NCBI GenBank assembly: GCA_000708835.1
Contig: DF237337.1
Coordinates: forward strand, 1-64,000
Reading direction: 5' to 3'
Origin: Klebsormidium nitens
Lineage: Eukaryota; Plantae; Klebsormidiophyceae
DNA length: 64,000 bases
Numbering within the stretch: position 1 is the first letter of the stretch; each line of letters opens with the position of its first letter. The notes beneath the pieces were generated by a model. The model saw only the letters and a list, made by a program, of their open reading frames with translations. It was not told the DNA's origin and ran no database searches. Below, piece by piece: positions 1 through 11,500 of the stretch. The position numbers and the translations under genes are program-made.

Positions 1-145
1 GATCCAAGCTCTTCCCCCCGGTTCCCCCCGGTACAACCGTCTCCCCCTGGCGCGCGCGCTCATCCAGCTGCTTCTTCTGATCATCCGGCAGGTGCTCAAT
101 GCGCGCCACCTCCTCCTGGCGCTCGCGCGCGCTCGCCTGCTGCAT
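1..145 (-). CDS. Em: Group 1 LEA / Em-like small hydrophilic protein (LEA_5 family), 5' part; runs off the window edge
   Basis: Not in the ORF track. The minus strand from ATG at 145 reads MQQASARERQEEVARIEHLPDDQKKQLDERARQGETVVPGGTGGKSLD. LDERARQGETVVPGGTGGKSL is the Em/LEA5 N-terminal signature. Confidence 0.92.
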   Translation of the reverse strand, partial: MQQASARERQEEVARIEHLPDDQKKQLDERARQGETVVPGGTGGKSLD

Positions 146-229
146 CGTGACAGGTGTCGCGCGGTAGGGTTTACTCCATAAAGACGCGCGCTCGAAGGGC
201 GCGGCGAGGTATGATGGCGGCGGATGGCG

Positions 230-620
230 TGACGTTTGACGTGACGTCTGGCGGGCGGCGCTTCGCAGGGGGGCCAAGCGGAGGGCGGAGAGCATTGTCG
301 CGTGCTCGGCCATCAAGATTGCTTCTGCTGCAGAATTGTTTCGCAAAACGCCTGGAATATCCGCAACCCTTCTCTTCTTCCCTCTTTCGAAAGGTGAAGT
401 TAGAAGCACCTCCGTGACGTATCACGTGAAGGAAGAATTCTCAAAAAGCGCGGCATCAGGTTCAGCCGTTCTGAAATCCCCCTTCCTGCCTTGCACTCTT
501 GTCTCAAAGCTCGGCCGGCCAATCGCAGGTCTTTGGCGCTCTTACTTTCCGTACGATCTTTTCACGTGAAGTCCGGCAAGATCTGCTCGCGTATGCAGGC
601 GGAAAGCAATCGACGTGCAT
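230..620. promoter_or_regulatory. Cluster of ACGT-core elements (G-box, C-box, hybrid) upstream of the Em gene
   Basis: ACGT cores at about 232, 239, 244, 417, 424 (CACGTG 423-428), 564 (CACGTG 563-568) and 613, all within ~480 bp of the Em ATG. Regulatory function is inferred from land-plant Em promoters. Confidence 0.5.
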
Positions 621-1497
621 GTAACACCGGGGCGAAGTTGAGCCGTAGGAAGTGGTCCGCCTAAGTTACCCGGGCGGCCGGAGACACAGCATGGCCGTGC
701 ATGAATCCTTGAGATCATAATGCTACGCAATGTCTCAAACGAGGTCGTTGATCTTAAGATTATTTGCATCTCAGCGGTATGGCCTTCAACTGGCAAAGCC
801 TGCGCCGACTGCAAGCGCATGTCGCTCGACGACATCAGCATGGCCACGGATCGATGACGCCGGCCGCGGCGGCCGGCCGGGCCGTGATCCTATACGTCAT
901 ATGTATGTACGTTGATGCGTGCACATATGTTTGAAACAAGCGCTGCATGGAGACTGTATGTTATGGCGCCCAATAACGGTCATCCACAGCTCGTTGCATG
1001 AGAAGCCTTCAAAGTTTGCATGAAGGCGCGGGATGCGGATCTCACTGAGCGGTACTTTTGGCGCGCGCATCCTGGCCGCGCATCTGCTCGCGCACGCCCT
1101 AATGACCAATCGACCTGTCCGCGTAAATCGATTAATATAGGAGCTAGGGCTACCTGTCAATTCACCCACAACAAGGCCCGGCCGGGTAGGACTGTCATGG
1201 CACAATCTTGCGACTCAGTGCAAGCCAAATCAAATCGGTAGGTCACTCGAGCTCGTTTAGAGATTCTTGATACGACGGTCGGCTTTATTGCAGGCAGACC
1301 GGGCAAGTTGAGTCGGGAGCAATAGAGATTCAACGAGCAAACAAACAGATTGATGCCAGCACGCAGACATCTTGCATGATTGTGCTTTTGAACATGCGGC
1401 TCACCATGTTTCTTTGAGTCACACATCTGTCCGAAACGCTCTTCTTGCTAATCCATAGCAACGGCAATATACGTATCTCTCGACTAACTCCCAATCC

Positions 1498-4400
1498 CTA
1501 ATCATCCCATACGAGCAGCTTCGCGTAAGCTTCTATCAGGGTTTGCAAGTACTCAAATACAATATCCTTCTCGACGATATACTGCATAAGCGCAACGCTC
1601 CGGGCGGCCATGAGCTCCGCCCGCCTATCTTCCCGTATCGCTTTTTTGACTTCGCCCACGAGATTGCTGAAATCCTTTTCTACTCGGACGTAGTGCCGAT
1701 CGGGCTGGAAAAACAGGTCTAGAAACTCTTCGTAATGCGTGTCCTGTTTGAACACGAGCGCGCCCGTAGACAGCAGCAACGCGAACCTTGAGCTGTACGA
1801 GTTACCGTCCACGTCTGGAGAGGAGGAAAGAAATGAATCTTCAATGTTACCCAATTGCGCGATCCGTACTCGAAAAGGCCGAAGAAGCTGAGGAAGCTAT
1901 GAGTGAAGTTTGACGTGGACAAAGAAAATCAGCAGAAATCAGCTCCGGTTGGATTCCATTCGCTTTCAAACCCATCATTTCGTTTACAAAACGTGGACAA
2001 TGTCCAAAAAGAGGGTAAGAAAGTCTTTGGGCGGGATAAAGTTGAGTGCCGAGGTACAGACTGTTCGTGTATTTCTCAAGGCTTCCAAGCTGACAGCATG
2101 TCATACATTTCTGGAAAAGCGTCGCAATTGTTAATGCAAGTTACCTCTTTGAGCGCTTCTGCGGAGGGGACATTTCGACGAAGTACACGCTGGTCAACCT
2201 CTCAGAGTATACGAAGTGCAAAACGCGGTCGCTTCTACTCCCAGGACAAACTGACCGACCCAGTCATCTTTTGAGAGTTTACCCCTTGACGACTTGTAAA
2301 AGTTCTATGGCTGTGATGAGAGAAGCACTCTACAAAAGACGGGGCTGAACAACCCTTGAAACGAAGCGGAAGACTTGCTTGATAGTAACAGAAAGCATAC
2401 AAACTATGGGCGATGCCACTTCCGAACGAAGGACCACTCTAACCCCTCTCGTGTCGTTCGAGGCTGATTAAGTAGTCGGGACATTGCGAAGCTAGACAAA
2501 AGCAGTTCAGCATACCTAGAAGTGACGGCCCCAAACCGTAACAGGGGGAAGACTTGACACTCACCGACCAAGTATTTATGCCGCAAATAATCCTTGGTTT
2601 TGAGCATCTTGTCCTGAAACCCGACCACTTGCTGCATTTGCTCCACCGCCTCCTCCGTACACTGCCCCTCTTGACACTTGCTCAACGTGCAATTCAACAC
2701 GTCCGGATTGTCCTGCGAAATCATTGCTAACAGCGGCCTCGGCTTCACGCGCCAGTTGGACTCCGTGTGCCGGCGCCCGGTGGGGGATCCCCTCCAGAGC
2801 GCCTGGGGGATGCGCGTTTTCCAGGGGTGGTTATGCACGGCCTCGGTTATGTTGAAGGGTTTAGGGCAGTCGGGCTCGGCCATGAAGTCCTCCCAGTGGC
2901 GCGTGCTGAGGCACCGCCAGTACTGCCAACCTGCGGGTTAAGGCAACGGGTTAAGAACGGTTTTCAGGGGTGCGTAAGGACGGCCTCGATTATGTCGAAG
3001 GGTTCGGGGCAGTTGGCTCGGCCATGATAGCCTCCGGGTGCGCCGGTTGAGGCATCGCCGATACTGCCAACCATTGAGTTAAGAGAAGCGGGTTAAGGCA
3101 TTGTCGGGCTCCAAAGAAGGGTGGTTAGCGAGGCATTTAATCGGATCAAGGTGGATGGAATGGGCTATGAAGCCCTTCCTGTGGCGGGGGCTGAGGCCCC
3201 GCCGGTCTGCCAGCCTGAAGGTTACAGAGCCGGGTTAGCGTCGCGAACGAGAGTGATTTGCGGAGTGTTGAACTGATATAGGTGGTTGAATTGGGCCACG
3301 AAAGTCCCCAGTGGCGGGGGCTAAGGCACCGGCAAATGATGATGTTTCAGGTAAGGGATCAAGGGCGATTTGTGGATGGTTTAAAGTGCCTTTTATTGAC
3401 TGTCTCAGGGCAAGTAGGCTGAGGCATCGCCAAAGTGGGTAATTTGCGGGTCACAGAAACGAGATTTGGCGGGGTAGCACCGCAGTCCAAGAATGTTGAG
3501 ACAGGCATCAATTGAAGCACATAATCTAAGCGGAGTTGATAGATGAGTTCAAACTGCAGATTCAGCGAGTGGTTATCATGGACTACTTTAGAGACAGGGT
3601 TGGTTAGCACAGTGGTCCTATGTGGGTTCGAAAAGGGTTAGGGACAGCTTTGGTAAAAGGGCAAGCGAGCAGCTCGGCATAGATCAAGTACGCAATTGTA
3701 TCAACCAAGGCTTTGGTCGCCTACAAAACGCATTTTCTTCTGTCTCGTTTTTCTTAGAATCTTGCGTCTCCGAGAGAATGGGCTTTGCCCCTACGACGCA
3801 ACTGGCTTTCTTTAATGACACTTTCTCATGAGAACACACTTGCCAAGATGTGAACGCTGTTGAAGCAGACAAAGCTTCGGTGGTGTATGCAAAAACGAAG
3901 AAGCAACTCACCGACCCACAACAGATCATAGTTCCTTGGAGTGGAGCAGTAACTGAAGAGCGGCGGCAGCCCCAGTGTGAAGTCCCGCTGCGACATGTTC
4001 GGTTCATCATTCAGATTGACCACCAGATCGAACCTGTGCGGAAGCATTCCAATGCGCTGCATCGCCTTAAGCGCGATCGCCGTCTGATCCATTCTATACC
4101 AGTACGCCCAGTTGTCTTTCTCCTGCTCCGTCTGCACGATCGTCAGGTTGTCCCCGTGCTTGATCACCCGCATCGCAAAGTTGTTGCGCTTCTTGAGCTT
4201 GTCCACTTGCTGGATCGTGAACGTGCGGTTCTCCATGATGTATGGCAACAACTGCTTATCCACCGCATCCTGTATCATTTTCTTCCGCTGCGCGGCGCTC
4301 ATCTCCTTCCGTTCCAGCAGGATCGGATACAGCGGCTTGTCGCTTTTCAAAAGCGTCCGGTCCAATCTTTCCAAGTCCTGCGGGTTGATATCCATCTCCC

Positions 4401-4599
4401 CCAGCCGGATCTTTTCATCCAGCTCAGGAGTGAACCCCGTGCCCCACTCTGTAAAGAGAAACATTTTCCCCAGACATAAGAGGCCCACTGCTATGACTGC
4501 GGCGATGAAGACAGGCAGCTTGGGTTTGGGCGCTCGGGGGGTGGAGACTTTCAGGCCCCCCTTGGCTGCGGCTACTGTCTGGCGTGCACTTGCCTCCAT
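1498..4599 (-). CDS. Glycosyltransferase family 90 (CAP10 / Rumi-like), type II membrane protein, 3 exons
   Basis: Exons about 4599-3912, 2930-2565 and 1814-1498 join in frame at GT-AG junctions. N-terminal signal anchor LPVFIAAVIAVGLLCLG. GT90 motifs: VVNLNDEP, PLFSYC, PW..RIPQALWRGSPTG, HKYLVDVDGNSYSSRFALLLSTGALVFKQ, FFQPDRHYV. Confidence 0.9.
2836..3450. repeat. Tandem degenerate copies of the GT90 intron 1/exon 2 junction
   Basis: The unit cacggcctcggttatgttgaagggtttagggcagtcgggctcggccatgaag...tactgccaacctgcgggttaag (2836-2953) recurs at about 2970-3097, with weaker copies at about 3130-3240, 3290-3340 and 3410-3450. Confidence 0.8.
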
Positions 4600-5144
4600 G
4601 TCTAGTTCCTGAACGACATCCTAAAGAGCTAGAAATCTGCTAGAGAGATGCTAAACTCTCAAGGTAAGTCTTGCAGAAGATCTGCCTCTGGGGCTAGGTT
4701 TGTGCAGACTGTGTGAGCTCAAAACTGGTTCCTCTCGTGTGGGGCTCTTCTTAGAGCTCACCCTAATGAAGACCCTCTCAAAGCCCTATTGTGTACAAAA
4801 CTCAAGCAACCAGAAAGTCAAGATTATACTAGCATGGATTCGCTCCGCACGGCAACACTCTACTTTTACCTGTTGTGAGCGCCTGTCTACTAGACTTTGT
4901 GCTGTGATTGTCACATCTATCAGCTAGCGCCCATCACATTCTCCAATACTTTTTCCAGCCTTGTTCATGAGAAGCAGGTAAGGCGCAGGATAAACGGAAT
5001 GGCACCAAGCAAAAGCTTTGAAAGTTCGCTGCACAGAGTTTGCTCGGCTTGTGCGCCTCAAAGCTCAAGCTTCTAAGGACACATCGCACAGCTTTTGAAA
5101 AGCGCTCCTTGCATCTCACAATCTCGTGTGATTCTTGCGAAGCG

Positions 5145-5175
5145 TACTACTACTACTACTAGTAGTACTACTACT
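5145..5175. repeat. (TAC)n microsatellite with an inverted AGT insert, in the GT90/IPO9 intergenic promoter
   Basis: tactactactactactagtagtactactact. Confidence 0.85.
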
Positions 5176-5599
5176 GCCATTGGCATCCTGTTTGAAAGTG
5201 TTTTCTTGCAGGTCTCACGAGCCCAATCACAAGCCGGAACTTCCGGCGGAAGCTCGCTCTCCAATCTGTGGATGAACCGCAAATCTCGGTTACTAAAACC
5301 ACGTGGTATGACTGGTAAGGAAAGTAGCCAATCAGCGCCTAGAACGGGCCTCGCAAAGTTCGCGCCAAATTAAGCTGGATAAATTTTGCTAAAAACATCC
5401 AAGTTTTCCTCAGGTTGGATTCAAAGGAAGAAAAAGGCCAATGGCACCGATCGTCACAGATACATTGTCATTATTAGTGCGCCAATCCTTCTTTCTCTTG
5501 CCCAGCATCCGCAAGATCTAAACCAGAGCAAGGCCATCGCCCTTGAATCGACAGTTTGGATGGTGCATTCTCCCACAGTTTCTTTCTAACCGTAGTATA

Positions 5600-8500
5600 A
5601 TGGCTAACACTCTAGACACCCCCGACGGGCACGCTTGGCTCCTCCAGTGCTTACAAGGCACGCTGGACGCCAACCCTGCGGTCAGGGTCAGCGCCGAAAC
5701 CGCCCTCAAGCAGGCCGCCGACCAAGCCGGTTTCGGCCCCGCTCTAGTTAAGATCGTCCTGAGCTTTGAAGTCCCTTATGGTCTGCGACAACTAGGTGCT
5801 GTGGTGGTAAAGAAGTACGTCAAGGAACACTGGCAGGACGGGGAGAAAGGATTTGTCGGACCAGTTGTGAGCGATTCGGACAAGGCGGACGTCCGGAGGC
5901 TGCTGCCGGATGGGCTTGCAGACGCGAAGGGGAAGATTCGGACGGCTGTCGGCATGGCGGTTGCGGCCATTGCAAGGATGGACTGGCCGCAGGAGTGGCC
6001 GCAGCTAATGGACGTTCTGGTGACGGGGATCAAGGACCGGGGGAATGTGAACAGAAGTAAGTCTGATCTTTGCGTGGACGTTTGTGCTCACTTTGGCCTG
6101 CGGTGGTACAAAGTGCGCAAAAATCTATTCCCGACGCATCTGATGGACGTTCTGGTGATCAGGACTGCGGATCAATTCAATGTGGAGTAGGAGAGACACG
6201 GTTTGCGGATATTTGTGCTCATGGAGACTTGTGGTGGCATTAAGTAGGTAGATAATATTCAGATAAGTGCGGTGAACCTCTTCAGTTGGATGGGTATTGG
6301 TAGATTGTCTCCACACTGACTGACTATGGCAATGATTGCCGCTGGAAAGCTGGATGTAGTGGTGGTTCTTAGTAAAACCAAACTTGATACAAAATGCTTG
6401 ATAGCAGCCCTGAAAGTTTTCGGCAAAAGTTGCAAAAGCGGTTATGTTTGTTGGCAGGTCCAGCATTGTTCTCAACCGACATCCTTTCCGGCCCATATAA
6501 GTGCGGCAATCTTCCGATGAGAATGCGGCCAGCCATCTGACAATTCACTGTGTTCGGTAGAAGCTAAGAAGACAAAAAGAGGGAACGTCCATGCAGCGAG
6601 TGCCGTGTTTAGCTGCTCTCCTTGTGCCCTCAGGGACCCCTGCGCTGTTCTTCGTTCTGTCTTTCCATCCGCAAATGAATCTGAATCCTGGTTGCATTCT
6701 CAATCGCGCACCTCTCATCCAGGAAGCTCATCTCTTCACCGAAAGTGCTTACAGCTTTTCTTCTCTATCAGTGCAAGGATCCCTGCGCTGCCTCTCCCTC
6801 TTTGCTGGCGACATCGACGATGCTCAGATGCCGCGGGTGATCGCTGTGCTCTTCCCGGAGCTTCTGGCGATCGTCTCAAGCGGGGATGCATACGATCCGT
6901 CCATTCAGAGACGGGCGCTCAGCATCGTGCACAGCTGCATTGCGACACTCGGGCTCATGAGTGGGGTCTATCTGGTGAGGAACTTTTGGGAGCGGTGTGA
7001 ATGGAATAGCAATTCGGTTGCAAGGTTGTGGACTTCAAGGGGACCGATGTGAACTTAAGGACTTCATTACACGATGCAAGAGAAGTGCAAAGTGTGGTTC
7101 AGTCGGTCAGTTTGCGGTCAGTTTTATGACAGGGATGACTGCTTTGCTGACAGATGTGTGTCTCTGGGATGTACAGAAGATGGCTGAAACATTGCAAGTT
7201 GGATCAGATGAGTCTGACAAGCTTTGGGGGGAGAATCATGAGCGTGATCTCAGCCCACGGGGCCTTCAGCTTCTTCAAGTGGCGATTCAGCTGCCTGGCA
7301 AACCCATGCAAACAGTTTGTCTCTATTCAATTCACCCTGAAAGATTTCCAAACGAAAGGCTGAAGACTTGACCCTGAACCTCTGCAGAAAGAGACGCGCG
7401 ATCTGCTGGCCCCCATCATCCCTGCGTGGCTGGACCAGTTTGCGCGCCTTCTGGCGATGCCCCTCGCGGCGGAGGACATGGACAACCTGGGCCTGAAACT
7501 AGAGGTGGGACCTTGTTCTAGGTGTCAGATCCTGAATCTGAGTTTTTGGAAGTGCGCTAGCCCTGTTGACTTTGTTTGCGGGTTAAACATGGGGACAGTT
7601 TACGTTCTTGAAGCTACTTAGTTGATTCTCCTACCAGCTGTTTGAACTGAGTACTTCTGGCGCAATTGTTAAGTGTTGTCGAGTATAAGATAACCCCCTC
7701 CGTATGTGGATAAGAAACCACACAAGTGGTCCATACCTGTTTCATCCCGAATCACCCCCCCTGACCCGCCCGCTAACCCGTTTTCCGCCAGGTCATCAAA
7801 ACGCTCCAGCAGGTCGTCCAGAACTTCGCAAAACTTGCGGTCAGGGACCTGCCACGTGTCCTTGGCGCACTCTGGCAGACGTACGTCAAGGGCGCGGCCG
7901 TGTACGAGCAAATGGTCGTCCTCGGCGAGGGGGATCGTCCGGAGGCGTACGATTCGGACGGGGACGAGCTGAACCTGGAGACGTTCACGGTCCAGCTGTT
8001 CGAGTTCTTGCTCACGATCGTGAGCAATCCGCGGCTCGCGCCGGTGAGGAATTCGGATTGTGGGCTATCAAATCAAGGCTTTGGGCTCACTTTCTTGTGT
8101 GTTTTGCCCTTAAAACTGGTTCACTTTGCTTTGGGCTCTTCGAAACTGAATTGGGCAAAGGGGAAGGAGGGTCAAGTTTACTTAAGAAGCGGGTCTAAGC
8201 CTGACCGGGTTCATAGACCCTGCGGCGTCCTTTCAACACAGACTGTCTCTCCGGTGGTCATGTACTCGTGTCGCGGGGGAATGACACCAACCTGGCGCCC
8301 TTCGTAAAAGAGCTCATGCTTGAGAAGAGGAACGGTCTGTAAGTTGAAGCGACGGAATCTGCTTCCACAGATGCTTGTAGGACCATGAAGGACCTGGTGT
8401 ACTGAAGTCGATAACAACCGATGATGCTCGCCTGGTGCGCGTTTCAATAGTCAGCTCTTGCGACTCAAGCAGTCTAAAGGTTTCAAAGCGCACAACGTTC

Positions 8501-11500
8501 TTTGCAGATGATCGAGGGGAGCATTGGCGAACTGGTGTACTATGCGGTCGGGTACATGCGCATGACGGACGAGCAGACGGAGGCGTGCGCGGCGGACCCG
8601 AACCAGTACGTTGCGGACGAGGAGGAGGAGACCTTCAGTTGCAGAAACTCGGGTGAGGAACCGCCGTGACTCTTTGAAATCAGTCAAGGTCTTTTTGGTA
8701 CTAAGGGTTTAGGCCGATTTCAGGGTTTCAGATAGTCCAATCTGACTCTGTTGGACAGAAGCAGCACGTTACGGACGAGGAAGAGGAGACCTTCGGTTGC
8801 GGAAACTCGGTTGAGGCAACTGCCTTCGGAACGGTTTCAGGTTCTTATGGTTTGAAAGGTCCAAGGTTTGACGGTTTTAGGATTTCAGTTTGTGCTTTTG
8901 TTTCTGCTGAACTTAACAGGTACGTAGAGGAGACGTTCAGCTGCAGTAACTCGGAAAGAAACCGCCGCGGGCCTTTTAAACGATTGTAAGGACTACTTCG
9001 GCGTACAAGATCTGCTTTAGCATTGGTTGAATCTTAACAAGTTGCGAACTACGTCAGCCTAGAAGCCGTACGAGCAGATTGATGGGTTCGCAGTTACTCT
9101 CCAGGGCTAGCTATCCCAGCCGGACTGTCTTGCCCTGTTGAAGAGGCCCACTCCCTCACCTCGACCTCAGATCCCCGCGGAACGTTATACGGACAGAGAA
9201 AAATTGCGCTGTGTCAGGGGGTCTACTTCTGGAGGAGCTCATCGAGTCGTTTGAGGAGCGCGCGCTCGTCGCAATCGCGGGCGCCGCGCAGCAACGGATG
9301 GAAGAAGCTAAGGAGGCCAAGGCGGCGGGCAAGTCCGACTGGTGGAAGGTGAGGCGACGCAAAGTCAACCCTGTTTCGCAATTTAGAATCCTGCACTGCT
9401 TGAGATATCTCAAGCTTGACATTAAGGGAGGAGGGAAGTCAAAGAGGCTTAGGCGTTGGGCAAGTCTGACTGGTAAAAGGTCGGGCAAGGCAAAGCGAGT
9501 TGGGTGCGCCTTGGAAGTGGGCACTTCTTGATGTAGCGCAAGCTGGAGTGAAAGAGCCTTGAGAGCTTCGGAGCGTCCTTGCGAGTTGGAATCGTATGAA
9601 GTGAGAAAGATTGTGAGCAATTTGTGCTGGAGGACAGGGACGAATTGTGTTTATTGGCTCCAACGAAGGGCCCCGCTCTCTTCTTGGCGAAAAAGAGTTG
9701 AAGTCGTTGAGCCGAAGCTAATCTCTGGGCTGCTCGCCAACAAGCCCTTCGAAATAAGCCGAATTCTTGTTTTGCGACTGCAAGCGGCCGTACTGGGGGC
9801 AACAAATCAGATCTGGAATGAGTGGAGTCGAGAAGACTGATGAGCACACTATGTCTAAACAAGAGAAAAGCAAGCGAGGACCTCTGTGGAGCCGGTCGGG
9901 TTGTCTGAAACGATAGAAGACTGTGAAGTAGAAGGGCGGTGAAACCATGTTGCATCAACATTGACGACCTGCGGAAGTTTTCGGCAGATGCGTGAGGCGT
10001 CCATTCTCGCTCTCGGCACCTGCGCCGAGCGCTTCATCGAGTTCCAGCGAGCGGGGGTCTCCACGTTCGACATCCCCGCCTTCCAGGGGGGTCTTTTGCA
10101 TGACGATCTGGGGGGGGGAAACGAGAGCGTGCCGTTCCTGAGGGGGAGGGCCTTGTGGGCGGCCGCAAAATTTGCGGACGCTCTTCCGAAGGAGCAAGCG
10201 GTGCCGTTTCTGCACGCGGCAGTCGGGGCGCTGTCGGAAGGAACGTGAGTAGTCGCTTTTGTATGTCCAAGACTTTTTCCTTTCACCCTTGGGAATTGCT
10301 CAGCTTCATTGGGGACGCCGTTGGACGGAACATGAGTGGTCTCTCTTCTTCCTTGAAGGGTTTTCTTCTACTTCTGAAGAGACCTATTGAGATGTTTTTA
10401 TCTCCTCTAGGCAGCCCATCAATTCGTCTCTCTCTTTTCTCCCTGTAGCGGGATTGCCCTCCTTTCTATCACTTTTGAAATATGCCAAAAGGAAAACGTA
10501 GGAATGCGTTACATTCAGCAAGAACGTCCGCTTTGCCGTGTTTCGTCCACTCTTGCTCTCGAGAAATCGGCTCTCTCGGTCGTCTCATCCGCTTGTGCTC
10601 GCCAGTAAGTGAGCCGCTCCTCGATCTGCTTTCGCGATTTACTCGTTGGCCACAAATTTGCCTGGAAAAGAGAGGACGGAGTAAAGCTTGACGAACTCGA
10701 ATAATACCTTATACTGAGGTCACTGTTGGCTCCCTCGCGCAATTGTGCCCTCATCGCGCCACGTCAGCCCGTTCCTTTGCTATTTGCAATCCAGATTAGT
10801 GGCTGCCCCCCCACCTCCAGACCTGCCCTGTCGAGCACCTTTTATCCTTTTCTGCAGCCCCCCCGCGATCCAGATCAGCGGCTGCCGCGCGCTTGCGCAG
10901 CTGTGTCCGAAACTAGACGCGGACGTCGTCCGGCCCGTGCTGCCGCTCGTCTTTTCCAGCCTAGACGCGCTCCTGAAAGCTGCCACCGAAGAGACGCTGC
11001 ACTTGGTGCTCGAGACTTTGAGCGTGGCCGTCAGAGCAGGTAGGTTATCGCAATCCAGTGTACGATTGTTAATAATTGAAAATGGCGGCTCGTGTTTTAA
11101 TCAATTAGAATTCACGTGAGGTTCTTGAGCGTTCGTAGGTGGTGGGAGCGCCGCTTCCCTGCCAGAGCGCGCTCCCGAAGGGTGCCAGTGAACGGATGCT
11201 GCACCTCGTTCTGCAAGTGCTGTTCAAGGGTGTTCGGGTATACGGCTTTTCGCTTTAGGTTGCGCCCGACTTTCGGAGCTTCTTACCGAAGGCTTCAGAA
11301 GGTTTACGATGATTTGGGTCAGCTGGGGCGTTCCTGGGTAGTAGCTTCCTCATTCCGAAAGTCGTAAGGACTTTTGGGCCTTAATAAGGCGCGGGTAACG
11401 GTGACGCAGACGCTTCAAAGCGAATGCGTCCTATCGCTCGCTGATGTTTGTGATTCTAGATACTTGCATGATGCCCGTTTGGCGGACTCAAAAGGCCCCG

